DNA from: Octopus sinensis
Lineage: Eukaryota
Direction of reading: 5' to 3'
Length of the DNA stretch: 64,000 bases
NCBI RefSeq assembly: GCF_006345805.1
Contig: NC_042997.1
Coordinates: forward strand, 91,016,001 to 91,080,000
Shown here: positions 39,241-52,249 of the stretch, piece by piece
Layout: each line of letters starts with the position of its first letter
Numbering within the stretch: position 1 is the first letter of the stretch
The notes under the pieces: generated by a model
Database searches by the model: none
Told to the model about the DNA's origin: nothing
The model's input: only the letters and a program-made list of their open reading frames with translations
Position numbers and translations under genes: made by a program

Positions 39241-40559
39241 TATATATAGTAGTAATTATAATCCTTGGATGGAATTTATAGATATTTAAATACATCGCTA
39301 CACGTTTCCACAAATCACATATGAAAATGTGCATAGAATATTTATAAATTCCATCAAAGCATTATAGTTATTACTACTATATTTATCCTACATTATATCT
39401 GTACAGTTTGATGCAACCCTGAAAAACTGGTTCATCAGTTAGCATCAATAGACTGTAGCCGGCATAATGGAATAGGAGCTTTGCTTATTCAAAAAGTTTC
39501 CCATAAAAACAAATTAAAAAGATCTATATATATTATATATAGTTGAAATTTACATGCAGATAAACACAATTAGCCTTTACATATATACATATACCTACAT
39601 GTATATAAATATATTTACATAGAGTATAAAAAAATACTGAACACTAAGAAAATCAGCTCTCCTTCGATTTCTCTTAGAGCCACAATGTGGAAGTACTCCT
39701 GGATGAAGAATTTGCAATTCAAGTTCAAATTTATATGAGCACTATTCTGTTAATGGGTATTTGTAAAAATGAAATTTTCTAGAAATACCTCTAAGAATAT
39801 GTAAATTACAATTATTTTGGAATTTACTGTGAAAAGAGAAATGTTGAGCAAGCACACATACATACTCATGTACATCACAATTTTTTTTTGAAATTTCAAA
39901 TTTCATTATATAGGTGTTTGTGATGTGTGTCAGTATGTATGTATGTGTGTGAGCAAACTTTTTTTTTTTTTCCATATAAAATTCTGATATAATTGTAATC
40001 TACACACTCTGAAAGGTATTTGTAGAAAATTTCATTAAAAATACTCATTTTTCTGAAAGTTATGTGGAAACAAAGCTGACTTGTGTGAGTTTCCCAAAAC
40101 TCCCTTCCCTGTCCATGGGAAAGTTTTTTTAACAACAAATTCCAATATAATCAGAATCTACACCATCTGAAGCATATTTTTAGAAAAGTTCATTAAAAAA
40201 TATGCTTTTTTCTAGAAGTTACAAGGTAAGAAATTTGAATGAAGCACACATGTGTATATATGCCAAGCAATGAAATATTAGTCCTTAGTAGATGCTAGTA
40301 AAACATGCAACAGTTGAAAATGTAAAATTTAAAGCAGACAGCTATAAGATGAAATATTGCAGTTGTTAATAGAATGTGCATTTATATCAAAAAACAATAA
40401 TGAATAAATGAAGAATATTAACTGAAAATAAAAGAGAATGAAACATAAGCTTTACTAGAAGTCATAAGGATATTTAAACATGCAATGCTTGCCAAGTAGA
40501 AATTCAAATGGCAGATTACATATTTGCATATGCAGTGTGGTAACCATAGGAACAATAGT

Positions 40560-43450
40560 CAAGAAGGCTTAGGACAAAAGTTGTCCAGAGGAAGAAGATT
40601 GTTATGGTTTCTTACTCCCTTGTTCTGAAAGTACTAATAATCCATCTGGTTATCTGCCTGCATTTCATTGCCAACTGTCAATAACCAGGTCATGCACTGA
40701 TTGTGATTCTGGAACTGCAATCCTTCTAGGTCCAGAGTTCTTTGCATTGCATTTAACTTTGTCTGCTGTTAGTGTAGGGCTTGGAACTTTCCAACATTAA
40801 ACTGCATGTTATTGGTATCACCTCACTTCTATATTGCATCTAACTTTTGTTGCAAGTGCATGCCATCTTCAGGGTTTTATATTACTTCTGAGACTTTTGT
40901 GTCATCTGCATAACTTGTGAGAATGGCTCTGTGTGGATGAAGGCATATTGGAGAGGACCACTATGAACAGTAGCGGCCCCAGGACAGTGTCCTGTGGGCC
41001 TCACTCACTATTTGTGTTTCCTTGGATGTGGCTCCATTGGCCACCACTACCTGACTTCTATTTTTTTAAATATCTTGTAGCCACTTTCCAAGTTTTCCAA
41101 CTATGCTGAGGTAGTTGTGACATATTCCATGATAGACTTTATCGAAGGCCTTTGCAAAGTCAAGATATATCACATCCACATTTGAGTGGTTAAGCAGCTG
41201 TTTTTCACACACAGTCATATTGTTGTAAAAGAAGTCATTTTCTTCAAAGAATATGGTTAGTTTCCTATGGACTATTTGTTCCATGATTTTGCTGATATGC
41301 AAGGTTAGAGTGATAATCCTATAGTTTTTGGTATCCACTCTACTACCTCTTTTATGAATAGGCATGTTCCTTCCTTCAACTTGTCTGGAAGCTCTGGAAG
41401 AGAGACTGCTGTGGTTTTGCTTGGGTTTGTTTATATGATTTTAGAATGATTGCTGGGAAACCATGAAGGCCAGTAGTTGAGTTTAGGTTTATCTTGTCTA
41501 TTGCCAGTATTCTTTTATATCAGTGTAATCAATTGTTGCTGCCTCTCTCTTTATAACTATAGTGGTAAAGAACTCTACAGTTTTGCTAACTTACATGTGT
41601 TGTAAGGATGGGGTGAAAATACTTTTGAATTGTTCATTCGGTGTTTCACTTATCCTCATTGGGTTTCCTGTGAAGGAGTCATCTTTTTGGAGCAGTGATC
41701 CTACTCTGCAACACACTAAGGCAGTTTTTTTGGCAAACTTAAAGGAGTCTTTAGGGTTTGAGTTTATATTTTCTATAACCAAGACTTCTTTGCCTGCTCT
41801 CTTTTTTTCGTGTGAGTACTACAGATTTTCTTCAATCTTCAGCAGTGTTGTTTGCAGGTGTGGAAAGACATTGAGGCCAATCCTATTTGAAGATCCCTTT
41901 CCAATCAATTTCCAGTCTGTTTTATGAAAGTTGAGATTGGATAGATTTTTAGGTGCTTCTCATAGGCTGCATGTCTGTGAATTCCTGTAGTCCACATATG
42001 GTCATTATATTGTAATCTGAGCTTAGCGTTAGTGTCACTTTTACATTATGGATGAGAGCTGTATTGTTTGTGAAGCAGAGATCAAGTATATTGTTTTCCT
42101 TGGTTGGTTGGAGTACTACTACTTGCTCCATGTATAATGTGTCAGTGAGGTTGAACAGGGATGCCACCTGTCTGTTTGCATTGCATCATTGTTGAGAGGA
42201 AAAGGCCCTTAAGCCATCCTACATTGGGCAGGTTGAAGTCTCCCATGTGAAGTATACTGATGTGTTCTAATTTGGTTAAGACTGTTTATATTTTTGCAAG
42301 GCAGTCTTCAAATGCACTGTGTGATTTGGAGCAGTAGGCAATAAATAGTACATATAACTATATTGAGTTGTCTTATATGTACAATTAGTACATCACACAC
42401 TGAGTTTGAATATTATAAAATGACCTGGGGTATGAAGTCTTCATGGATGTGCATTGCAACTGCACCATGACTCCTGTCTTTTCTGTTTGTTATACAATAT
42501 AACATACTTTGGTATGTGTATTTCTGCATCTGTGATATCCAGTTTTAAATGCATTTTGGTGAGTGCTGTGCATAAAGCTTGATTGCATGCTACAAGGTCT
42601 TTCAGGACAGGAATTTTGGTTCTGTTACTGTATTGTAACAGTCCACTAATATTTTGTGAGAGTATCAGTGTGACATCTGTGTTGATGTCAGTGGTGGTTT
42701 TATATGTTGTTGGGGATGGCTCCCACTCTAAATTTGATGCAGCCAAGTCTGTTGCTGTACGTTCTTTATGCCATGCATAAAAAAGATTGCTACTTAACTG
42801 CAGAACTGGTTGTTGGAAGAGTACACACTACATCTGTGTATTTTAGTCTTGGTGCAGGTGGTGCATGACCTTTTCCTCTTTGGGGTCTTTGTTTATCTTT
42901 TGGTCCCTTTGGATGGAAGTGTTTGCTCTGCCTCATGCAGCTGTGACACAGTTTTGCATCATCATCTCCATGTCTGCAGACACCACACAAATACAATTTA
43001 CACACTTGTGTGTGATCTCTCTTTTTCATTTCTATTGTCCAGAAACTTTCTTGTCCCAGTGTTAGTTTTCTTTTACTATTGTGCATATGGGCAGTCTAAC
43101 TTATTTCTTTTCTTGGTTGTTCTTCTTGGGACCGTTTTTTCTTCTTTTTTTATTTGTGTCATCATCATTTTTTTGTTCCTGTTTGTTTTCAGAGGCTTTT
43201 GTTTTCTTTATTTCTTCATTATCTTTTCCTCTTTTTGCTCTTTAGTCTCTTCAGCTGTTCACATTGGTAGTGCCATTAGTGCTGGTGCCTCTTTCCCTTA
43301 CAGGTCTCTCACTCATGGTTTCATCTTTGTTCTCTTGGGGATCTGTAAAGCCAGGGGAACATCTCTCGCTCACATCAGTGTCTCCTTCTTTGTCATCTTT
43401 TTGCGTTTTTTTTCAAAGAGGGTATCAAGGATGTTGATGTGAGGTCTGAT
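40560..43450 (-). mobile_element. CR1/L2-group LINE relic (ORF1 + APE endonuclease + RT) in MNT intron 3
   Basis: Minus-strand pieces: Cys/His-rich ORF1 (CKLYLCGVCRH...CHSCMRQSKHFHPK), endonuclease (ILSQNISGL; EVGRLQPAQC region), NILDLCFTNN, NYRIITLT, VDVIYLDFAKAFDKV, GPQDTVLGPLLF and SYADDTK. Confidence 0.88.
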
Positions 43451-43696
43451 GAGAACATCTTGTTTCTTAAGTATATGTATGTGACAGAGTGGACACAAGG
43501 AAGAGGAAAGAGAATAAGTGGAAAGCCAAGGAAAATGTGGCATAGTATGTTCCTAGATGACATGATAACATTAAGAGAGGGCCCAACTGGAGTCAGGAGA
43601 AAGGCAAGCAACTGGGATCTCTGGAGAAGGTTCATTGCCCATTGTGCTGAGAGCACCGGTGGATCTAAGTTCTAATATGTATATGTGTGTGTGTGT

Positions 43697-44089
43697 ATCT
43701 TTTATCTTTTACTTGTTTCAGTCATTAGACTGCAGGCATGCTGGGGCACTGCTTTAAATTTTTAGTTGGATGAATCAAACCCCGTACTTTTTTTTTTAGC
43801 TTGGTACTTAACCCATTGATCTCTTTTACTGAACCATTAAGTTACAGGGATGCAAACACACCAACATTTATTGTCAAGCAGTGATAGGGGAACAAACATA
43901 GAAACAAAGACATACACTCATACATACAATGGCTTTTTTCAGTTTCCATCTATGAAATCCACTCACAAGGCTTTGATTGGCCTGAGGCTATAGTAGAAGA
44001 CACTTGCCCAAGGTGCCACACAGTGGGACTGAACCCAGAACCATGTGGTTGGGAAGTAAGCTTCTTACCACACAGCCATGCCTGCACCT
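43697..44089 (-). mobile_element. Full-length major SINE, antisense
   Basis: Reverse complement of the 4902 family from tail to head. Confidence 0.85.
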
Positions 44090-44104
44090 CTGCATGTATC
44101 TATA

Positions 44105-45017
44105 TGAAGTGGTATCAAAAATTTTCTGGACTAGTTATGTTTGATAAAATGTAACTTATTTACCTAATTTTTAACATCATCTTCTTTGAAATAGTCGCCT
44201 TGTGCAGCAATACACTGGTCCAAGCATTCCTGCCATGTTTGGAATCCAGCCTGGAAGTAATTTTCTGTAAGCAAGTTGTGGTCCTTTTGTGATATGCTCT
44301 TGATCACAACATTGGTGTTAAAATGGCGACCTTTGAGCTGCATTTTCATCTTGAGGAAGAGATGGAAGTCTGCTGGTGCTAAATTTGGTGAATAGAGCAA
44401 GTGTAGAAGTGATACCATGTTGTTTTTGGCGAGAAACTTGCGAATGAGGAGAGCTCAGTGACAGTGCATTGTCATCATGAAGAATCCAATTCTTCGTACT
44501 CCACAGATCTGGTCGCTTTTGCCAAATGTCCTCCCTTGAACACTTCAAAATGTCACAGTAGAATTCTTGATTGACAATCTGGTCCTGTGGGATGAATTCT
44601 TGATGCACAATACTGCAGATGTCAAAAATAAATGGTGACCATGCTCTTGATTGAGCTATGGCTTTGTTGTGCTTTCTTCAATCATGGAAATGAAAAGGTC
44701 TTCTGTTGTGATGACTGCTGTTTTTTTCTCAGGGTCGCACCTGTAGATCCAGCATTTGTCATCAGTGGTGATCCTCAACATTAAGGATAGGTGATCAGCG
44801 GCATGCTGACAGAGATTTTGACAGACTTCAACAAGATGTTCTTTCTACTCAGTGATCAGCACAAATCTCACAACTTGCAAAGTAAACACAGCAGTGTCAC
44901 TTAACATATTGCCTCATGAAGGTCACTGATAGCTCTCACTGTGCACACGGCTGTATACTGCTATCTGTTGGAGCGTGTTACAGAACCAGTCCAGGAACTT
45001 TTTGATACCACTTCCTG
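44105..45017 (-). mobile_element. Mariner element relic in MNT intron 3
   Basis: TIRs GAAGTGGTATCAAAAAnTTnCTGGACT at both ends. Minus-strand ORF pieces encode HQEFIPQDQIVNQEFY...WILHDDNA and LYSPNLAPADFHLF...QGDYF. Confidence 0.9.
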
Positions 45018-45224
45018 TATGTATATATGTATCTATATAAATATATGTATGTGTGTATATAGACATATCTGTGTTTGAAAGAAAGACATGGGATGAGGTA
45101 GTGAATCATGATCTTCAAATGTTGGACCTCATGGAAGCAATGACTAGTGACTGAGACCTTCAGTGATATGCGGTGCTTGAGAAGACCTGTCAAGCCAAGT
45201 GAAATTGTAGTCATGGCCGATGCC

Positions 45225-45565
45225 AGTGTCATGTTATTGGCACTTGTGTTGGTGCCATGTAAGAGCACGTTTTGAGCATTGGGCCTCGCAGAGGCAATGT
45301 GACTGATGCTGGTGTCGCATAAGTAGCACCCGTGTTGGTGGCATATAAAAGGAAAACTTTTGAGTGAGGAGCTTTGTGGAGGCAATGTGGCCATTGCTGG
45401 TATTGCATAACTAACACCTGTGCCGGTGACACGTAAAAAGCACCTTTTGAGTGTTGGGCCTCATGGAGGCAATGTAGTTGATGCTAATGTTGCATAACTA
45501 GCATTCATGCTGGTGGCATGTAATAGGAACTTTTTGAGTGTTGTGCCTCACAGAGGCAATGACAA
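45225..45565 (+). repeat. About 87-bp minisatellite, roughly 4 units, inside the RTE-tailed element
   Basis: Recurring TTTTGAGnGTTGGGCCTCnnnGAGGCAATGTG...GCATAAnTAGCACC units. Confidence 0.65.
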
Positions 45566-46044
45566 ATGACTGAGACCTTTGGCAATATGCTGTGCTTGAG
45601 TAGAAGACCCATCAAGCCAAATGAAATCATAGTTGTGGCAGATACTGGTGCTATGCAACTGGCAACCGTGCTGGTGGCATGTAAAAGCACTCATTACACT
45701 CTTGGAGTGGTTGGTACTAGAAAGGATATCCAGCTGCGGAAACCATACCAAATCAGACTGGAGTCTGGTGCTGTCCCTCAGCTAACCAGCCCTGGTCAAA
45801 CTGTCCAACCCATGCTAGCATGGTCCACAGATGTTAAATGATAATGATGATGTATTTATGTACATGTATATGTGTGTATATATATATATATGTGTGTGTG
45901 TATATGTATCTATGAGTATATATATATGTATGTATCAATCAATCTATATATATATAGTTCAAATTTATAGAAAAACGAAGATGAAGACAAGTGTAGGAAC
46001 AACAAGTAAGTGTATTAGTTTGACACTCAGAAAAAATGAAAAAG

Positions 46045-46082
46045 TCTTTTACATTTCAAGCTTACGCTCTTCGACAGAAAGA
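46045..46082 (-). ncRNA. Minimal hammerhead ribozyme motif, partly decayed, in a Penelope-like terminal repeat (about 45960-46135)
   Basis: The minus strand reads UCUUU-CUGUCGA-AGAGCGUAAGCUU-GAAA-UG-UA-AAAGA: perfect stem I, GUAA-capped stem II, and a minimal stem III of the kind described for PLE hammerheads. Confidence 0.65.
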
Positions 46083-48766
46083 AATATAAGGAAATAGAGA
46101 GAGAATGGAAAAAAACGTCTTGAGTTTAGTGGTCCAATGTATATATATATATATATGTATGTATGTGTGTGTATGTGTATCATCATCATCATCGACTTTG
46201 TCATTGTTCTAATATCTACTCTTCCATACTTGCATAGGGTGGACAGAATATTTACTGAGCGGATGTCCTCTGTGTCATCATCCTTCACCTGTTTCCAAGC
46301 AAAGTAATATTTTCCTATGACCATGCACCTTCTTAGAATATTGGAAATACATGATTACTTGGATGATAGTGATACTCATTCACAACTATGATGCAATATC
46401 AAAACAAGAAGACACAATCATATATTTATATATACTAATGTACTGATATATAAGTGGGAGCAATAGGTCAATAATTCATTATCTTTATTAATTAAATTAG
46501 ACTTAAATTTAAGAATTTCCAATGTTTCTATGAAGTACAATATACTGCTACCCCAACTGCATTTGTATGGAAGTGCATCTCCTCAAAATTGAGTAATCAA
46601 TATTTTTCTCTTTGAGATCTCAAATGAATTTAGCCAGTGTGATGTGGTGTGCTTTTCTCTTATATTTAAAGGATTGTATATGATTATGTTATCTAAGTTT
46701 GAATTTGGATTCTGTCACACCTGTTCTTGTGATTATAGTATATAAAACTACTGCAGCAAAATACAACATCCATTATGGGATATAGTTGAGCCTGTGTAAA
46801 GTCTACATAGCTTTGGGATTAGATGTGGCACTAATGGCTTTCATCATCATCCTCAACAATGACATTTAACATGTTTTTCATGCTGGCGTGGATTGGACAG
46901 CTTGACAAGAACAGGCCACTGGTTTCACCAGGTTCCATAGACTGTTTTGGCTTGGTTTCCACAGCAGGGTGTTCTTCCTAATGCCAACCACTCTACAAAG
47001 TGTACTGGGTACTTTTTATATGGTACCAGCACCCACATTTTACAATCTCAATTCTGTTGTGGTGTGTGGGTCTTCTCGAATACAGCAATGTGTTATATTA
47101 GCATAGGTATGCAGTGCATTATATTAGTATAGTATAGATATGCAATGCATTTACGCTGCATTTTGAGTGTGCTGTGAATTTGTAGAAAATACATATGGTA
47201 GAGAAAGTATTTGGGGTAGAATGAGCATCTTGCTAAAAGTAGATGAAAGCAAGCAGAATAAGACATTTTTCCCAAGGGTACCAGTCTATAGTAACTATGG
47301 TGTTTTCTTTGTTTTTGTTTCTTGACATAGTGAAGATGTTTCTGCATGTTACAGGTCTAGAGATATAAGTTCAGGTGAATTCTATAGTGTAAGACAAAGT
47401 AGAGATGACAAGGGAAGGAGAATCAAGGGATCAAGTTAGCTTGTGTTTGTGAGACAGTTCCTAGGTTGGAGGAGCGGGAATTTTTGTAGCAACAATAAAG
47501 AAAAGAATGAGAGTTCACAGCCATGTCAGTGGGTTCACAGTAATAGTAGTAGTAGTAGTAGTAGTGAGTGTAAGTGTTAAGTGCAGGTTTACTGAATAGT
47601 TGAGTGGGTTTCTTTTTTTTTTTCAATGCAGCCTGTTGTTTGTCTATGTAACAGCTGCTCTGTCTTAGATATAGGAGCAGTGCTCTAGTGTGACAAATAA
47701 TTGTGCTTCATATAACCAGCAGCTGTTGATTAGTTTCTGGCTCTGAAGAGAAAATGTCTCCTTTGACATGCTATAGCTATGTGGTCATCATGAGAAATCA
47801 GTAGTTAATATGAAGTATAGCATTTGTTAGGTTTGTGAAGGTTTTAGCTGTGACTTGTTCATAACCGAAAAGGGTATTTAATGCGTTTTGTTTAGGTGTA
47901 TGTGTAGTGGCTTTGTTTTTTTTTTAATCTGTAGAAGTGGACCAGGTTGAAAGCCTCCTCCAGTGTGGAAGATGTTTTCAAAGTGCCTTTTCAATATCTA
48001 GCATGAAGTGTCTTGGTTACATGTCGATGGTATCCTTGTAAAAGAAGATATCACGGAGTGCAAGATGGTACTATATGCATAGGAATATATTTAATTAGGA
48101 GTGTCTAGTTAGTACAGCTAAGATATAATTATTTTGTTTTCTAGGCTTATAAAAATTATGCATGTATGTATATATGTATGTGCATAATTTTTATAAGAAA
48201 ATGGTTAACAGCTGAAGTTCCAGCTAAGTTTTCTTTGTCAGACTGATTGATGATGGTGACTGAACCAGGTCTTGCTTAACTTTTCCTTTTTAAAAATAAA
48301 ATATATATTATACTCTTACTTAGTAATATTGAGTAAGCCTTCAATCAGTGTTTGACTGTGTTTATACACACACACACACACACATACACATACATACAAT
48401 AATAACTATATAATTATATATATGCTCCAATTAAATTGACATTATCTAAACAATTGACTGGAAAATGATGAGGTAACCCAGGCTAGAATCGAACCCACAT
48501 ATCAACGTTTACATGGCTCCATGTGTATCCAATTGAGCCAGAACACTCACTCATAAATTTCAGTCAAACTTTATGTATAGATACTTAAACTGTCTAGTAC
48601 TACATATAATATTTGTAAGCATAGAAGCTTGACAAGTTATGGAGAAAGAGCAACTACACAAGTCTTTTTTATACAATAATAGCTATATAAAAATATATCA
48701 TAATAATAATAATAATATATTTACTCTGATTAAAGTGACATTATCTAAACAACTGACTGAAAATTA

Positions 48767-49148
48767 GGCGCAGGAGTGGGTGTGTGGTAAGTAGCTTGCT
48801 TACCAACCACATGGTTCTGGGTAAATTCCCACTGCATGGCACCTTGGGCAAGTGTCTTCTACTATAGCCTTGGGGTGACCAAAGCCTTGTGAGTGGATTT
48901 GGTAGACGGAAACTGAAAGAAGCCTGTCGTGTATATGTATGTGTGTTTATGTGTTTGTGTTTGTCCCCCTAACATCACTTGACAACTGATGGTGGTGTGT
49001 TTGCTTCCCTGTAACTTAGCGGTTCAGCAAAAGTGACCAATAGAATAAGTACTAGGCTTACAAAGAATAAGTCTTGGGGTCGATTTGCTTGGCTAAAGGT
49101 GGTGCTTCAGCATGGCCACAGGCAAATGACTGAAACAAGTAAAAGAGC
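48767..49148 (+). mobile_element. Full-length major SINE
   Basis: GGCGCAGGAGTGGGTGTGTGGTAAGTAGCTTGCTT...GACTGAAACAAGTAAAAGAG; interrupts an older repeat. Confidence 0.88.
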
Positions 49149-50784
49149 TAACTCAGGTTAGAATCAAACCCATATATCAACACTAACACAGCTTCACGTG
49201 CATCTGATGGTTAGTCAATTGTTTAGATAATGTCACTTTAATCGGAGTATATATATATAATTATTATTATGTAGTTATTATTGTATAAAAACGATTTGTG
49301 TAGTTGCTCTTTCTCCGTAACTTATCAAGCCTTCAGGTTTGTTTACAAATATATATGTATATATATATAACTTTCATTAGGTAAGAATATAAAAGCAGAT
49401 GGAAAAACAAAAAAAGTTGATGCTTTATGGATGAAATCTTTTGAGATATTTGTTCTGTATTGATTTACAGACACTGTCTTATCACTCTTGCCACCAAAAA
49501 TACAGTGAACTAAAGATAGGCTCTTTAGAAACCTGTAATTAGTGATGCTGTTGTTCATATATAACAATATAAAATATAAAGCAATTCCTCTAAAAAAAAT
49601 TAAAGCATGTAGCAATTAGTAATTTTACTTAGGTTCCATGTACATAAAAGACAAAACATAGAAGTGGTCAGTCAAGTGATTATTAGTAACCAATTTTAAC
49701 TAAACACTATATAGTTCCTATGTGTTATGTTTTATTGTCATCATGGTACAAATAATCAGCAATTTCTTTTTGATGTCATTAATCTAACTGGCCTTTTATA
49801 ATAACCTTATCACTAATTATAGTGCATAGTGTATGAGTATCTTTCAGAACTTAAGTTTTGCAGATGTTTGTTGAAAACCTTGCAAGACTTGTCATAAACC
49901 AGCTGTAACCATCTAAGCTGTTATAATGCTGTTATTGCAAACTACTCTTCTAAATGAGTAAATGAGGAGGGGTCTCCAGATAGTTTCTTGACCTGCTAAA
50001 AGTATCACCCAGATTTCCTTCAAGTCATACCTACTGTTTTAATAAGGAATAAGTTTGATAATTTAGTTGTGGCTTCCTTGCCCATAGAAAAATTGGTTGC
50101 AGTTGAAATGCAATAGTTACGCTGATGTTCTAGATGATTCAAACAAGTTATTAGGAGAAGCTGAGATAAGATTGTTTATTGTGGGCTAGAGTTGGGTATA
50201 AATCTGGTGATTTGTGAGCAAACAGGTTAGTTCCAAAACAATGTAATTCTTGGAAATAAGTCTATTTAAAGTTGGTGTTGGTATCTCCTGCAGAAGTCAT
50301 TTTTCTCTTTTTTTATATTTTCTCAGTGATTAGATGTACTAGTAATACACAATGGTTGACACAATGAAGTGTACACTTGTCATCTAATCAGAGGGCTTTG
50401 TTTTTTAGGTGTAGTCTAAGGGGAAGGGGTATTCTTGAACTCAAACATAAGAACAGTTGTATAGATAGATGTTCAGAAGAAATTTTATGCCAAGTAAAAG
50501 TATACTTCCTTTTCATTAGTTGTTGTTCATTAGGGTTATCATACCTTTCTTCTTGTTAAAACTAGGGCTTCATATAATTTTCTTTTTTCCTTTTTATTAA
50601 TTTATTTTTTCTTTACTTTCAGTTTTGATTAACTCCAGATTTTTTTCTTTCTCTTAATTGTAATTCTCTTATACTCTTAAATGTCTTAATAGTAACAGCC
50701 TGTTCCTCTTAGTTGTTAGTTCCATTATTCAGTACTTAATTTTCATTTTGATTGCATCATTTATTTTACTTCTCTTTTTAACAG

Positions 50785-50896
50785 GAGGGCCCACATGAAG
50801 GAATGTTTCGATGGTCTTCGTAACCAAATACCTCCTTCAGAGGACAAAAAGAACTCCAATCTAAGTATTTTACGAAGTGCTCTTCGATATATACAG
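50785..50896 (+). CDS. MNT: MNT coding exon 4 (helix-loop-helix)
   Basis: TTTTTAACAG acceptor; reads (R)RAHMKECFDGLRNQIPPSEDKKNSNLSILRSALRYIQ, compared with vertebrate MNT RAHLKECFETLKRNIPNVDDKKTSNLSVLRTALRYIQ. Donor CAG|GTAATT; 112 nt. Downstream exons not found in the window. Confidence 0.95.
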
Positions 50897-52249
50897 GTAA
50901 TTCATTCCTATACATTAATGTTGAATGGGAGGCATGCCACTTATATCATCATCATCATCATCATCGTTTAACGTCCATTCTCCATGCTAGCATGGGTTGG
51001 ACGGTTCGACTGGGGATCTGGGAAGCCAGAAGGCTGCACCAGGCTCCGGTCTTATCTGGCAATGTTTCTACAGCTGGATGCCTTTCCTAACGCCAACCAC
51101 TCCGTGAGTGTAGTGGGTGCTTTTTACGTGCCACCTGCACTGGTGCCAGACGAGGCTGGCATTGGCCAAGGTCGGATTGGTGCATTTTACGTGCCACCTG
51201 CACGGAAGCCAGTCGAGGCAGCACTGGCTTCGGCCACGATTCGGATGGTGCTTTTTACGTGCCACGTTAAAAGTATTGGTTTATAAGGCAAATTTTTACA
51301 ACTAAGCTTGTAGTAACTTGGAAGAAAAGTAGTAAACCATTTTTGATCATGGGCGAGAGTTTGTTGAAATGAAATCCATTTGCCTGATTCACAAACCTTC
51401 CCTTTGTGAACATTTCTCTGGATTCTTGTTCCTTTACTTGGCACGGCATATTTTGAATCATTGGCATACTTAACTGAATTCAGAAGAAACCTTTTCTCTT
51501 GCAGAAAATTTTGAATCATTAACCTATTATTTACTCTTTTTGAATCTCTTACTGCTGAGATATTGGGTTTTGCTTTCCAGAACTTGTGAGATACATTCAT
51601 TCATCATCATCATCGACTTCTTCATTTGAATTTATGTAATGTTGTATTTCTTTCATTAAACTCTGTGATAAACATTATATGCAATTTTTCATTCCAAGAC
51701 TGCCTATCACTGTTTGAAACTTCTCTCATATATGTACCAATTTTTTTTAATCACTATTATCATCAGTAAAAAATATTTTGGGCTGTTAACCTCATTTTTC
51801 TCTCTTTCTCCTATTCATTCTCTTCATTTAGCAACCTTTCATAGTGGCGTATCAAAGTCTCTCTCCTTGTAGCCACATTAAATGCAAGTGAGCCGTCATC
51901 CATGTGGACACATTTCTCTCCTATGACATCACAATTCTCTCTCACAAATTTTCTCTAGATTGTTTGGCATAAAATGATGTCTGTGCAAACTATATTTTAC
52001 CATTAACTCCATGACATAAGAATTGTTGGAGACATTTTTCACAGTTCAATGTTCCTACCAACTTCAGTCACTGAGTTATCTAGTGAAAATAAAATTTTCG
52101 ATATCATCGTTTTTGTATTTGCTTTTCCCTCTATGTCCTTTCTGCCTAAGAGGCTGGTCACCTTTGCAACACTAAATGTTTGTTTTTGAATACTGTTTGT
52201 AATGATTTTGTTATTTCTCTGGAAATGTATTCTATAGTAGTTTCCTGTT

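Noticed and set aside
42810-43442. 210-aa hydrophobic plus-strand ORF, the longest in the track
   Set aside because: It is the antisense reading of the A-rich LINE ORF1 region; the Phe/Leu/Val richness is a compositional artefact.
51187-51600. 137-aa minus-strand ORF as a transposon or host protein
   Set aside because: It runs into an RTE-tailed repeat, and no motif could be recognised with confidence.
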